Source: Octopus vulgaris (Eukaryota). From it: a DNA stretch of 64,000 bases. The notes below the pieces were generated by a model. It was not told the DNA's origin and made no database searches. It was given only the letters and a program-made list of their open reading frames with translations. Both the position numbers and the translations under genes were made by a program. How positions within the stretch are numbered: position 1 is the stretch's first letter; every line of letters starts with the position of its first letter. The DNA is taken from NCBI GenBank assembly GCA_951406725.2, contig OX597831.1:45260001-45324000 (forward strand), given 5' to 3'. Shown here piece after piece: positions 12,581-25,989 of the stretch.

Positions 12581-13149
12581 ACACATTCTACATTCAACTC
12601 AGAGAAAATCGTTTTATGATAAGGGAAATGATTTCTTCTTAAACTTACTTAATCTACTAATTACGATTATGACTTCCACACATATCTTGAGAACTAATTA
12701 GGTCTCCAAGGTAATAGAAATTAATCAACTGACTGAATAAAGAGCCAGTGAGAGGGCTTCTTTGGTAGTCATTCAACCTGCTAGAAATATCAACCAAATA
12801 ATTCATTACCATTTTAACAAAGATGGATAGCTCAGATAATTGTCAAAACTGGAACATTCTTTGTTACAGGTATGTTTAATTAGGACTGACTTGGGTTCAA
12901 ACAGCAACTATTACAATTGACTTAATTACTCTAATTTTGACAGAAGGCCAGAAATTCTAGAGGAGGGGATAAGTCAATGATATCATCCTTCAGTGCTCAA
13001 CTCCTATTTAATTTATCAACCCTGGGATTTGAACTCAGAATGTAAAGAGCTGGAAGAAACCCTGATAAGCATTTTGTCCAAGGTGTTAATGATTGCAATT
13101 GACTTAACACTTTAGCATTCAAATATCTCTGTTAAATGGAATTCTTTTC

Positions 13150-13403
13150 ATTCTTTTATTCTTTTACTTGTTTCAGTCATTTGACTGTGACCAAGCTGGA
13201 GCACCCACCTTTAGTCGAACAAATCAACCCCCCCCCCCGGGACTTATTCTCTGTAAGTCTAGTACTTATTCTATCAGTCTCTATTGCCAAACTGCTACGT
13301 TATTTGGACATAAACATACCAACATCGGTTGTCAAGCAATGATGGTGGTGAGGGGACAAACACAGACACACAAATATACACCCACACATATATACACACA
13401 CAC

Positions 13404-13450
<47 letters not shown>

Positions 13451-13610
13451 ATTACGACAGGCTTCTTTCAGTTTTCTTCAACCAAATCCACTCACAATCA
13501 GCCCAAGGCTATAGTAGAAGACACTTGCCCAAGATGCCACACAATGGGACTGAACCTGAAACCGTGTGGTTGCAATACAAGCTACTTACCACATGGGCAC
13601 TCCTGCACCT
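13150..13610 (-). mobile_element. SINE family A
   Basis: Reverse complement of the family A consensus, nested in a piggyBac-MITE remnant. Confidence 0.75.
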
Positions 13611-13849
13611 ATGCTACACCTAAGCCACACCTATGCCATTCCTGTGCCGAGTAAATGCTTATTTATTCACCTTGTTTTGGATTAATCATGCATTAACTTG
13701 TAGTTTTGAGATTTCAATGATGTAATTGTTTATTTTTAGAATGACATTGTAGGGTAGGTGTGAGAGGCTGGACCTAGCCAGTTCAAAGATAATGCAGGAA
13801 GATTATTTTGACTGGATATGGCTGGTTTAAATGCTAAGGAGTTAATAAT

Positions 13850-14065
13850 GGTTTCAAATTTTAGCACAGGGCCAGCAGTTTTTGAGGGGATGGGAAAGTT
13901 AATCACATTGGCTCTGTTACTTAACTGGTACTTACTTTAAGGACCACCAATAGGATGAAAGGCAAAGTCAACTTCAGCAGAATTTGAACTGAGAACGTAA
14001 AGACAGACGAAATACCATTAAGCATTCTGCCCGGTGTGCTAACGTTTCTGCCAGCTCACTGCCTT
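13850..14065 (-). mobile_element. SINE family B
   Basis: Similar to the 9956-10188 copy. Confidence 0.7.
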
Positions 14066-14354
14066 AAAAGGTTCTGCTAGCTTGCCACCTTTACGGTTGA
14101 CTTAATAACAAGAGTTTATGGTATGGCAGGACGAACCAGTCCAGTAACTTTGTCATCTTCTGATACATTCATGACATAAACCCTTATTGTCTTCTTGCAA
14201 AATTGTTGTGGCAAGAATCATTGATACCCCTAGGGGATTGGAAGAATGGACTAGCCAAACTCTTATAAAGAGTAGTGGTCAGGGAGAACATTTTGGTAGT
14301 CTCAGGAAATACATCATGTGAACACATTGATAAAACCTTCACTACATAATTTTA

Positions 14355-14650
14355 TGGAGGCACATGGCCTAGTGGTTAGAGCAGTGGACTCATGGTCGAG
14401 GGATTGCGGGTTCAAATCTCAGACCGGCCGATGTGTGTGTTTATGAGTGAAACTCTGCACTTCCGGCAGAAGGTAATGGCGAACTTCTGTTGACTCTTTC
14501 GCCACAACTTTCTCTCACTATTTCCTCCTGCATCTTGCAGCTCACCTGTGATGGACCGGTGTCCCATCCAGGTGGGGAAGCTATATGCCAAGGAAACTGG
14601 GAAACCAGCCCTTATGAGCCAGGGATGGCTCAAGAAGGAACAAACAAACA
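14355..14650 (+). mobile_element. tRNA-derived SINE family D
   Basis: GGAGGCACATGGCCTAGTGGTTAGAG..GGTTCAAATCTC head, (AAAC)n tail. Confidence 0.8.
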
Positions 14651-15257
14651 TAATTTTATATATACACTAACCTGTGGCAAGATATAAAAAAAAGAAAAGG
14701 AAATGCTAGAAAGGGGTTCTGGGGTTATAGTGAATTATAGTGTATGGTGACACTACTATAGATCCTGTTGATATTGGAACAGGTGTTTGGAAAAACCAAT
14801 TCATATAAATCTAGTTATTGTTGTTGTTGTCATTGTTGCTTAGAATCAGGTAAACCTTGATTAAAGAGATATACATTGCTGTCTTAAGGCATGGGTAGTT
14901 GTGCAGATGCCTCACAGGTTCTGGGAGTCCATTCTCACCTATGTATGATGTGGAGTGTTGTCAGTAAGTAAATATTATAGGGTCCAGTGCATTGATTTAC
15001 CTGGTGGTGGAGGGTGGCTATAATGCTGTTAAGATGGCTCTGGAGGTATGTGAACAAAAACGTTCTACCCATGCCCATCATGTTTACTCTTCTCATCTCA
15101 AGATTCAATCTCTTCTCAAGATTCATGCTCACCTGGTTACACGTCAGCCAATCTGATTAACTGAGCCTTGTTCAAGTAGGTATTAATGTTTTTATTGCAA
15201 CATATTTAATTATTTCCAAGCTGGCCCTGCCTTTTGTGGTAGTATGATTGGCAATCC

Positions 15258-15640
15258 TGTGGTGCCATATAAAAGAGACCATGCAGTGCCACATAGAAGT
15301 ACCTGTGCATTGTCAAATAAAAGCACCCATGTGGTGTCACATAAAAGTACCTGTTCAGTGCCACATAAGAGCATCCATGTGGTACCACATAAAGGCATTC
15401 ATGTGGTTCCACATCAAAACATCCATGTGGGGCCACGTAAAAATGTCCATACAGTACCACATAAGTGCCCATGCAGTGCAAGTAAAAGCACCTGTTGGTG
15501 CCACATAAAGGCATCTGTGCAGTGCCATGTAAAAGCACCTGTGTGGTGTCACATAAAAGTGCCCATGTGATGCCATGTAACAGCGCCCTTGTGATGCTAA
15601 GTAAAAACACCCATGTGGTTCCACATAAAAGCACCTGGCA
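15258..15640 (+). repeat. 24-bp minisatellite (about 16 units, gtgccacataaaagcacccatgtg) expanded inside a family C element (to about 15925)
   Basis: The 24-nt periodicity gives the 8-aa repeats in ORFs 15206-15682 and 15244-15570. Confidence 0.85.
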
Positions 15641-15930
15641 CACTCTGTAAAGTGGTTGGTGTAAGGAAGGGCATCTAGTCATAGAAACTATGCCAAAAGT
15701 GAAAATGGAGTTTCACTGATACTGACTGGCTCCTGTACCGATGGCACGTAAAATGCACCCACTACGATCTCAGAGTGGTTGGTATTAGGAAGGGCATCCA
15801 GCTGTAGAAACATTGCCAGATCAGATTGGAGCCTGGTCCAGCCACTGGCTCTCCAGACCTCAGTCAAACCATCCAATCAATGCCAGCATGGAAAACAGAT
15901 CTTAAACAATGATGATGATGATGATGTATG

Positions 15931-15973
<43 letters not shown>

Positions 15974-15974
15974 A

Positions 15975-16182
15975 TGATGGGGTCCTGGCTTTGTGTAAAA
16001 GAAAATACAGGAGAATCAGTTAATTATGATTTTATTCAAAACATTCCCCTCTCAAATTCACACACTTGTTGCAGCGGTCCTTCAGTTTTTTTTTTAAGCC
16101 CTGTAAAAAACTTGGAAGGTTGCACCTCCAACCAGGCATTTCATGATACTCTTACAACCAGGAACTTTTCAGTACCTCCTCG
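15975..16182. mobile_element. Mariner-derived MITE (partial)
   Basis: 3' TIR ccaggaacttttcagtacctcctcg|ta, same family as 44767-44985. Confidence 0.6.
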
Positions 16183-16198
16183 TACTTATATATATATA

Positions 16199-16858
16199 TT
16201 ACATTTTTGTTATGTTTATTTGCCCTGTCTGCGCCAGTAGTTGTGCTAATATTCATCGGAAACATTTTTTATGTGGCTGAAGCCCAGCAGATCTATTTTT
16301 AGTGCTAGAGTAGACCACATGGTGGTTGCTCTCTTATATTTATGTATAAAGGTATCGCAATCCGGGCTTTATATGCACTAAGCCACTTGGTGTTAAATGG
16401 ATGTACTATTAAGTTAGTATACAACTTTCTCACCCTCATTAGTTGATTGTAATTATGCTGCATTTAATTTTAGATGTAGCATCTGTTTCCGTGAATTTTT
16501 GGCGGGCCGTGGCAGGGGCACTTAAACTATAGCAGCGAATGCAATTGACTGGACCACTCGTGCGTTTATCGTGATGGTAAAGTCTAGCCTGCGGTCGAGT
16601 AAATTGTATTCTGAATGGGTTCGGCCGATGAGCTACAAATAAAGGTATTTTATGTGAGTAAAATTACATAATTTATTAATTTATTAATAGCGAAACAATT
16701 GTCTCGAACTAATTTACATTTTTGGTATGTTTATTTGCCCTGTCTGCACCAGTAGTTGTGCTAATATTCATCGGAAACATTTTTTATGTGGTTGAAGCCC
16801 AGCGGATCTATTTTTAGTGCTAGAGTAGACCACATGGTGGTTGCTCTCTTATATTTAT
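16199..16858 (+). mobile_element. Retrozyme/Penelope pLTR-like element: 515-bp unit with about 145-bp terminal direct repeat and a hammerhead
   Basis: Direct repeats at 16199-16343 and 16714-16858, flanked by (TA)n. HHR at 16619-16709 lies just upstream of the second repeat. Confidence 0.7.
16619..16709 (+). ncRNA. Type I hammerhead motif with long stem II loop
   Basis: gttcgg-CCGATGA-gcta...tagc-GAAA-CAATTG-TC-tcgaac. Palindromic stem III, GUC cleavage triplet, one core mismatch (U4C). Confidence 0.7.
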
Positions 16859-17033
16859 ATACACATATATATATATATATATATATAAGCAAAAATAGGT
16901 ACAGCCATGGCTGTTTGGTGGAGAAGTTTTACTTTCCAGCCCTGTGGTTTCGGGTTCAGTCCCACTCCAACTAATGCCTCATGAGTGAATTTGGCAGAAC
17001 GAAATTGCAAGAAGCCAGTTCTGTGTATGTGCA

Positions 17034-17064
<31 letters not shown>

Positions 17065-18054
17065 GTGTGTGTGTGTGTGTGTGCATGTGTGTGTGTATGC
17101 ATGCATGTGTGATTGTGTGTGTGTGTGTATCTCCTTGTCTTGACACTGATAATTAAATTGTTATACAAACAGTGAGCTTCATTTCCAATCTTCTCTCAAA
17201 ACATGTACAGCAATGGGAAAATATTATCTTACTTGAAAACAGGCGAGGGTTAGCAACAGCGTGGGCATCCAGCAGTAGAAAATATGCCTTAACTAAATCC
17301 ATCTGACTCATGCAGCATGGAAAGGGGGATATTGAAATGACCATGATGTTACAAAGAAATGTTTGAAATAGTGTTTTAAATACATTGCCCCTTGTAAATT
17401 ACAAACTCTTTAATAACAAAAACTTAGTTTTCATTATATAAAAGGCAATCTTTATATCCAACTTAATGAGGATGTTCCGTTAGGATGCTGAATTCTGCAG
17501 TATTCACCTTGAAAGGGCCTCACATAAGGAAGTGTGGCGTATAAAAGCACATATTTATATCATTGGTAGGTGAAAATTTTCTGTTATGGGTGCTGGAACT
17601 GCCTGATCACGTGATTTTAACAAACTCTATCTCTTCAGTGACAGATATCTGCTTGCCACATTCAAACCAAATCTTGCTGCTGACGATGTATAGAATTACA
17701 GGTATTGATGCCACGAATAGCCAGTTGGCTTATTCAAAATTAATTATTAGTGATAGAAACAGTGTTTGATATGCTAACGAAACATCCGCATTAAATTGGA
17801 TATAGAGATTGTCTTTTGCTTCAAGTGGTGAGAAAGGATCTTCAGATGTTGGGCCTTATGGTGGGTATGTTAGAGGACCAAGACTTCTGGCAGCTTGATA
17901 TGCTTGAGAAGACACATCAAGCTAAGTGATTACAGTCATCCTTGCATACAAGCATGTCCCCTGCATCCCTCTTCAGCTGAGCATTTCTAATCATGCAGGC
18001 CCCTGGGTGCTGGTGCCACATAAAAAGCACCCATACCAGTGTCACATAAAAGCC

Positions 18055-18270
18055 ACTACCTCTTCCCCCTCCTCCTCCTCCTCTTCCTCCTCCTCAGCTT
18101 CCACAGTCTCCTCTTCCTCCTCCTCCTCCTCAGCCTCCTCTCCCTCCTCCTCAGCCTCCACAGCCTCCTCCTCCTCCTCCTCGGCCTCTTCAGCCTCCGC
18201 AGCCTCCTCATTATCATTGTCGCCATCGTCGTCATCATCATCATCATCTTCATCATCGTCATTGTTATCA
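18055..18270. repeat. (CCT)n/(CAT)n low-complexity tract inside a family C element
   Basis: Direct reading. Confidence 0.9.
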
Positions 18271-18779
18271 TGCCAGTGCTGTGTAAATGTATCCGATACA
18301 CTCAGTAAAAAGGTTAGCATTAGGAAAGGCATCCAACCGTAGAAACTATGTCAAACCAGGCATAGAACCTGGTACAGCTCTCCAGCTTACCACCTCCTAT
18401 CAAATCGTCCAGTCCATGCCAGCATGGAAAACAGATATCAAATTATGATGATGATAATGATGATGATGATGACGACTGCTTTTGTCACTAATAATTATAT
18501 CTTTACATAATCTGATTCTTTTGTGTGGTTAAATTATAAATATTGTTCCCTTTGTGAATATATACTAGCAATAACATAAGCACGTCCATCACTTTTATAA
18601 ATTTACTATGGTTATGAAGTAATTCGGGGTTTTTTTTAAAAATATTTTTCATAGTGTCACATGAGCAAGTCATATGACTGTAGAAACTACCATACAAACG
18701 CATCTTCTCTTGTTGTGTCTTGTGGGCATTATCATTGTTATTCAAAAACATTGCTGTGAGGTGCAGGTTACTGTGTTGC

Positions 18780-18871
18780 AGCCTCCTCCTTCTCATCATC
18801 ATCGCCATTGGCATCATCATCATCATCATGAACATTGTCACCATCATCATCATCATCATCATCACCGTACT

Positions 18872-18902
<31 letters not shown>

Positions 18903-19117
18903 ATCATCATCATTGCCATCATCATTGTCATTGTCAACATCATCGTCGTCATCATCATCATCATCATCATTGCCATCATCATCATCATCACCGTACTCTT
19001 CCTCCTCCTTCTCCGCCTCCTCCTCCTCCTCCTCTTCCTCCTCCTCCTCATCATCATCATCATTGCGATCATCATCATCATCATCCTCATCATCACTGTC
19101 ATCACCATCGACATCAA
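18780..19117. repeat. Compound (CAT)n/(CCT)n trinucleotide tract with a duplicated block
   Basis: The block catcaccgtactcttcctcc occurs twice. Confidence 0.9.
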
Positions 19118-19119
19118 TT

Positions 19120-19345
19120 AATCTTTTACTTGTTTCAGTCATTAGACTGCGGCCGTGTTGGGGCACCGCATTGAAAAATGTTTTGTCGAATGAATCAACC
19201 CCAGTACTTAATTTTTGAAGCCTGGTACTTACTTTAAGGGTCTTTTTTGCCAAACCGCTAAGTTATGATAGGGCGAAAACACAACAACACTGGTTGTCAA
19301 ACATTGGTGGTGGGGGAGGGACATCCTCAGACCCAAACACACACA

Positions 19346-19379
<34 letters not shown>

Positions 19380-19540
19380 ATGGGCTTCTTTCAGTTTCCG
19401 TCTACCAAATCCACTCACAAGGCTTTGGTTGGCCCAAGGCTATTGTAGAAGGGTCTTGACCGAGGTGCCACGCAGTGGAATTTGAACCTGGAACTATGAA
19501 GTTGGAAAGCAAACTTCTGACCACACAGTCACTCTTGTGC
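19120..19540 (-). mobile_element. SINE family A
   Basis: Reverse complement of the consensus. Confidence 0.75.
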
Positions 19541-19699
19541 TTACTAATGTCCAGTTTTCATGCTGGCATGGGTTGAACAGGTTTAGTTAACTGCAATTGA
19601 CTCACATTTTCTAATGCTTTTTTGTGGAAGGTAAATAGACACAAAAGCTGACAGACAGACAGACACAGATAGATAGATAGATGGGTACGAGCTATTTTA

Positions 19700-19925
19700 A
19701 GGCGTCGAGCTGCCAGAAACGTTAGGGCGAAATACTTAGCGGTATTTTGTCTGCCGTTACGTTCTGAGTTCAAATTCCTCCGAGGTCAACTTTGCCTTTC
19801 ATCCTTTTGGGGTTGATAAATTAAGTACCAGTTATGCACTGGGGTTGATCTAATCGACTTAATCCCTTTGTCTGTCCTTGTTTGTTCGCTCTATGTTTAG
19901 CCCCTTGTGGGCAATAAAGAAATAA
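19700..19925 (+). mobile_element. SINE family B
   Basis: ggcgtcgagctgccagaaacgttag head, ..caataaagaaataag tail. Confidence 0.8.
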
Positions 19926-19996
19926 GATAGATGGGCACAGACAGATATGCTGTATGGCATGGAATGGCTAAAACAGAGAAAAATAAAAATAAATAT

Positions 19997-20660
19997 TAGG
20001 TGTAGTCATAGTTATGTAGCAAGAAGCTTGCTTCCCAGCCACTTGGTTCTGGGTTCAGTCCCACTGTGTGGCACCTTGGGCAAATATCTTCTACTATAGC
20101 CTCGGGACAACAAAAAGCTTTGTGAGTGGATTTGGTTGACAGAAACTGAAAGAAGCCCATCATATATATGTGTGTGTAAGATAAATGAGTGAAGAATGAG
20201 TATGCAGTGCATGCATTTAAGTGGCAAAAAAAAATGACCATGAGTGGCTGTGTGGTAAGAAGCTTACTTCCCAACCACATGGTTCCGGGTTCAGTCCCAC
20301 TGCATGGCACCTTGGGCAAGTCTCTTCTACTATAGCCTTAGGTCGACCAAAGCCTTGTGAGTGGATTTGGTAGATGGAAGCTGAAAGAAGCCTGTCGTGT
20401 ATATATGTGTGTGTATTTGTGTGTGTTTGTGTTTGTTGCCCTGCCATCACTTGGCAACTGATGCTGGTGTGCTTATGCACTGTAACATAGCAGTTTGGCA
20501 AAAGAGACCAATAGAATAAGTACTAGGCTTACAAAGAATAAGTCCTGGGGCCAATTTCAACAATTCAACTAAAACCCTTTAAAGCAGTGCTCCAGCATGG
20601 CTGCAGTCAAATGATTGCAACAAGTAAAAGAATAAAGAATAAAGAATAAAGAATAAAGAA
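19997..20660 (+). mobile_element. Two tandem SINE family A copies (5' part plus full length)
   Basis: Heads at about 19997 and 20241, (AATAAAG)n tail. Confidence 0.8.
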
Positions 20661-21492
20661 GCTCCAGAACTTCCTGTCATTGATTTCCCATAGATATTGG
20701 GTTTCATACATAAGAAATAATTATGAGTAATTATGATGATCATATCCACTAATTAGGAATAATTATGATGATGGTAATGATGATGATTGTATTCACCAGA
20801 TAATTACCAGATATTTAATACTAATTATAATTGTGACAATCATCATCATCATCATCATCATCTATGAATATCTCCACCACAGTCATCACGCATAGACAAG
20901 TATGACTTGCTAACAAACCTCCACTGTTTTAGGTTTCTGTGCAGCTGTGAGCTAACATGGACACTCGAGTGGCACTTCCTTGACATATACCTCTGGCCTT
21001 GGCACAGGTGAACATTGAGGAAGCGACAGCTGAGAAAACGGACATTAAACGATGTGGGTGATGATGATGATGATGATGTGGATGCGGATATGGATGCTGC
21101 TGCTCATGATGATGATGATGATAATAAAGAGGAGGCAGGTGGTAGTGAGGAGGAGGAGGAGGAGGACAATGATGATGATGTTGAATAAACTGGAGCAATG
21201 TCAAGCTAAATACTTTACTGAAGGCCACAATCACGCCAGTCTCGGAATCAAATCCATGAATGATTTGTATGGCTGCTGCAAGTACAACATTCTAACCAGG
21301 ATAAAGCAAAACAAGGTTGGTGTAGGAAGTACTAGCAATTAAGTTGAAGTTTGCTTCCCAACCACATGGTTCCGGGTTCAGTCCCACTGCATGGCACCTT
21401 GTGACAAGTGTCTTCTATTATAACCTTGAGATGACCAAAGCCTTGTGAGTGAGAAATTGGTAGACAAAGACTGAAAGAAACCTGTCGTATAT

Positions 21493-21494
<2 letters not shown>

Positions 21495-21530
<36 letters not shown>

Positions 21531-22045
21531 TTAACGTCCGTTGTCCATTCTGGCATGGGTGGGACGGTTGACAGGGGCTGGTAAGCTGGAAGGCTGCAGA
21601 AGACTTCAGTCTGATGTGGCATGGTTTTCTACGGCTGGATGCCCTTCCTAAAGCCAACCACTCTGAGAGTGTAATGGGTGCATTTATATACCACCAGCAC
21701 CGGTGCCATTTGCGTGACACCAGTATCTGCCACAACTGCAATTTTGCTTGGCTTGATGGGTCTTCTTCTCAAGCGTGACATAATGCCAAAGGTCTCAGTC
21801 ATTGCCTCCATGAGGCTCAACGCTCGAAAGGAATTCAGCCACTTTGCCTCTATGAGGCCCAACACTCGAAAGGTGCTCTTTATGTGCTACCAGCATGGGT
21901 ACCAGTTACATGACACCAGCATTGGCCATGATTACAATTTCACTTGGCTTGACAGGTCTTCTCAAGCACAGAATATCGCCATAGGTCTCGGTCACTAGTT
22001 ATTGCCTCTGTTTGAAGATCATGCTTCACCACTTCATCCCATATC
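21495..22045 (-). mobile_element. Repeat family C, long copy
   Basis: (CAT)n followed by ttaacgtccg..gatgcccttcctaa. Confidence 0.75.
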
Positions 22046-22357
22046 CTCATGAGCTAGTTTTCCACCACATTTCTTAAAAATTGTGGTAGAGGCCTTAGTT
22101 TCAGGACCACTCATGTCTAGAAACTGAGCTTGGGGGTAAGCAAGGGTATGCTCCTCATAGAAAATCCAGCTCCAAAGAAGCTTCATGATAGCAAAGGAGA
22201 ATGGGCACCAGCAAGCCCAAATTTTGGGGTGGGCTGTACCTGCCTACTGCGATTGCTATGGCATTGAGGTAGATCTGGCTACCCCCGTTAACGGGTACAA
22301 AACCCAGATTTAAAACACTAGATGATGATGATGTTGATGATATACATATGTGTGAAT

Positions 22358-22395
<38 letters not shown>

Positions 22396-22843
22396 ATCTT
22401 TGTGTCTATGTTTGTCCCCCCACAACTGCTTGACAACCAGTGTTGGTGTGTTTACGTATCTGTAACTTAGCAGTTCAGCAAAAGAGACTGACAGAATAAG
22501 TACCAGGCTTCAAAGGAGGTAGGTTCATTCAACTAAAATCATACTGGGGTCAGTTCACTTGACTAAAATCTTTTAAGGTGGTGTCCCAGCATGGCCGGGC
22601 ATCTAATGACTGAAACAAGTAAAAGATAAAATTACTTGATTAACAAACAAATTGAATCACACCACCTTAACTCTGAATATAGTAACATCTTTAACTTGAT
22701 CACCCACAATCTTAAAACTAGCTTGTAGTATTTCTAAGTAGGAAAATCCTTGAAGATGGTCTTATATAAGAACAGAAGTTCTACTGGTCTCTAAAGTGTG
22801 ACGGGGAATATATTTACAAATACCGTACTGGATTAGAGAAATA

Positions 22844-23409
22844 TTGGGTTGTCCAGAAAGTTCATGCTGAATTTTAAAGGAAAGAAAAAGGTCAACAAAT
22901 ACTTGCCATTACATTTTAAATCAACCAAATATGAACCATTTTGTAACACAATGCGTTTCCATCTTTCCTTTAACTTGGAAATACCCTCTTCCCAGAATTG
23001 AGGTGGTTTCATGGAAAAGAATTCATCAAGGTATCTTTTTACGTCATCCAAGGAATTGGAATTTTTACCATTAAGACTATTCTGCAGAGACCTGAATAAG
23101 TGGAAATCCGAAGGAGCAATATCTGGTGAATATGGAGAGTGTGGTAACACATCCCAGCCGAGCTGCAGCAATTTTTGTCTGGTTCCAAAAGCATCAAGTG
23201 CCGAAAATGAACTTTCTCATCTTCCATTTAAAAGGGTTACAGAATTAACACAGGTTATAGGAACATAAACCTTCTTCCTCAAAAAGATGGCTTAAACTGT
23301 TCTCAAAATGGAGGTGTAGTCAAATCCTATTTTATAGACTCAACCATCTTCTAAAATAAGTCGAAAGATAAGCTACTATAAATCGGCACAAACTTTCCGG
23401 ACAACCCAA
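22844..23409 (-). mobile_element. Internally deleted mariner element
   Basis: TA|TTGGGTTGTCCAGAAAGTTCATGC ... GCACAAACTTTCCGGACAACCCAA|TA. N-terminus MEDEKVHFRHLMLL is joined to a C-terminus containing HSPYSPDIAPSDFHLF (mariner YSPDL motif). Confidence 0.92.
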
Positions 23410-24137
23410 TATAAAGTATTTTAACATTTTTACTATTTCACTTCCTGTCTTCAAGTAAATCTGACCAACACAACTGTCCTTAAATACTTTGTTGATGTGG
23501 GAAGTAAAGCAAATAAGAAAGAAGACAAAGTAATCAAGTTCGAAGTTGCTGGCTTCTATTTAGGTTAGAGATCTTGAAACCTGTCCACTAGGCCCGTGTC
23601 CCAGTTTACTGACAGATGAGAAAAGTTAAAAATAAACACAAACATTCAAGCATGGTATTTTTGAGTCTAGTTGTCCCTACCAGTCATTTTATTCTTTTAT
23701 TTTCTATCTTGTCTATTGTGTGAAGAAAATAACAGGATACAAAAAAAGAAAATACAAAAGGTACAAAGTAAAATAGAAAATGAACAATAGAATTGTCGGG
23801 TCTTGGTTTCCATTAGGTCAGTGTGAAGTTCACTGCATTTCTAATGATGAGGGCGACAACAATGTCTCAGTAACACCAATGTAGTAAATATTTTAAGAGG
23901 CTTCTTTCAATTTCTGTCTAGGAAATTTCACTTGCAAAGCTTTTGTCAGCTTGGGGCTATAGTAGAAAACACTTAGCCAAGGTGCCATGCAATGGGACTG
24001 AACATGGAACCATGTGACTGGAAAGCAAACTTATTACCACACAGTCATGTTTGTGCCTATATATAAATATACACACAACCCTCTCCACACATACACATAT
24101 ATATATGTGTGTATGAGTATAGTTATGTGTGTGTATA

Positions 24138-24189
<52 letters not shown>

Positions 24190-24419
24190 CACGCGCACAC
24201 ATGCATGCACACATACACACATGCATATATACATACATACATACATACATAATATATATATACTGTTGTGTCTGGGGAGAGTCATTTTCTTTTTGTGCCT
24301 TATAATGTAACACACTCACTGGTAAAATTTCCACCTTTTTCTTATTTTTATTGTCTTAAAATTTTTGTTGCATCTTGCAACCTTTTCAATAGTTTTGACT
24401 CTGTCCATCATTTACACTG

Positions 24420-24700
24420 CATTCCCTTGACTGGCTTCCTTGCCGGTGGCACGTAAAAACCACCAACCGATCATGGCCATTGCCAGCCTCCCCTGGCACC
24501 TGTGCCGGTGGCATGTAAAAAGCACCCACTACAATCATGGAGTGGTTGGCATTAGGAAGGGCATCCAGCTATAGAAACACTGCCAGATCAGACTGGAGCC
24601 TGGTGCAGCCTCTTGGCTTCCCAGACCCCGGTTGAACTGTCCAAACCATGCTAGCATGGAAAACGGACGTTAAACGATGATGATGATGATGATATGATGA
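24420..24700 (+). mobile_element. Repeat family C
   Basis: Matches 4786-5101. Confidence 0.8.
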
Positions 24701-24769
24701 TGATATATGTATACATATGTCTATATATATATATATATATTCATATATAAGTATGTGTGTATATATATA

Positions 24770-25151
24770 TTCTTTTATTCTTTTATTGGTTTCAGTCATT
24801 TGACTGTGGCCATGTTGGAGTATTGCCTTTAATCGAACAAATTGACCCCAGGACTTATTCTTTGTAAGCCTAGTACTTATTTTATTGGTCTCTTTTGCCG
24901 AACTGCTAAGTTATGGGCACATAAACACACCAGAATCAGATGTCAAGCGATGGTTGGGGACAAACACAGACACACAGACACACACATACATATATACAAT
25001 GGGTTACTTTCAGTTTCCATCTACCAAATCTACTCACAAGGCTTTGGTCAGGCTAAAACTATATTAGAAGACACTTGCCCCGTGTGACACATAGTGGGAC
25101 TGAACCTATAACCATGTGGTTGGGAAGCAAGCTTCTTGCCACAAGCCATGC

Positions 25152-25155
<4 letters not shown>
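24770..25155 (-). mobile_element. SINE family A
   Basis: Reverse complement of the consensus. Confidence 0.8.
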
Positions 25156-25194
<39 letters not shown>

Positions 25195-25381
25195 CACGCA
25201 CACAAACACATACATACACACATACACACACATATATATATATTTGTATTTGCGTATATATATATATTTGTGTATATATATATATATGTATATATACATA
25301 TATATGTGTATATATATATATATGAGTGTGTATATGTATATATATATATATATATATCTATCTATATATACATATATATAA

Positions 25382-25414
<33 letters not shown>

Positions 25415-25497
25415 CATATGTAAATATATATATATATGCATACATATATATATATATATATATAAACACATATATATACATACATACATATATATAC

Positions 25498-25534
<37 letters not shown>

Positions 25535-25801
25535 CATATATATACATACAAGACGTCAACAAGAAACTATGACATTACAACCAGCCAGGAACAGTCTTCG
25601 CGGCACCTGCCAGAGGGAGTGCTTGTCCAGGATAGGGCTACACAGCCACAGCAGGAAATGTATTAGGACATGAAATGTAAAAGCTGGACTAGATTATTTT
25701 ATGCGCAACTCCATTGTCTCCTGAGACAAAAAGGATGCCAACAACATATATATATATATATATTCATAAATGTATATATACATATATATATATATACACA
25801 A

Positions 25802-25844
<43 letters not shown>

Positions 25845-25847
25845 CAT

Positions 25848-25903
<56 letters not shown>

Positions 25904-25905
25904 CT
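25155..25905. repeat. (CA)n/(TA)n compound microsatellite containing an RTE LINE 3' fragment
   Basis: Direct reading. Confidence 0.9.
25548..25745 (+). mobile_element. RTE-clade LINE 3' end
   Basis: Translation [20 protein letters not shown] resembles the RTE C-terminal Zn-finger-like motif. Followed by ccattgtctcctgagacaaaaggatgccaacaac. Confidence 0.7.
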
Positions 25906-25989
25906 CGGTGCAAATGGTTTTGTTAAGCAGTGTCAAGTTTTACAATTCTGTAAATAATGAGAATAGTATTTTTTTTTTTATAAGCTTAA

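Noticed and set aside
14355-14430. tRNA genes at SINE heads (also 5525, 12255, 31900)
   Set aside because: A/B boxes are present but cloverleaf stems are broken, and each continues into a repeat body.
15206-15682. Repetitive ORFs; superficially CRISPR-like array
   Set aside because: Contiguous 24-bp minisatellite without unique spacers, in eukaryotic DNA with no cas genes.
18503-19253. Long ORFs in all frames (poly-D/E, poly-H/P, poly-S, poly-M/R)
   Set aside because: Products of stop-free trinucleotide repeats, with no splice or domain evidence.
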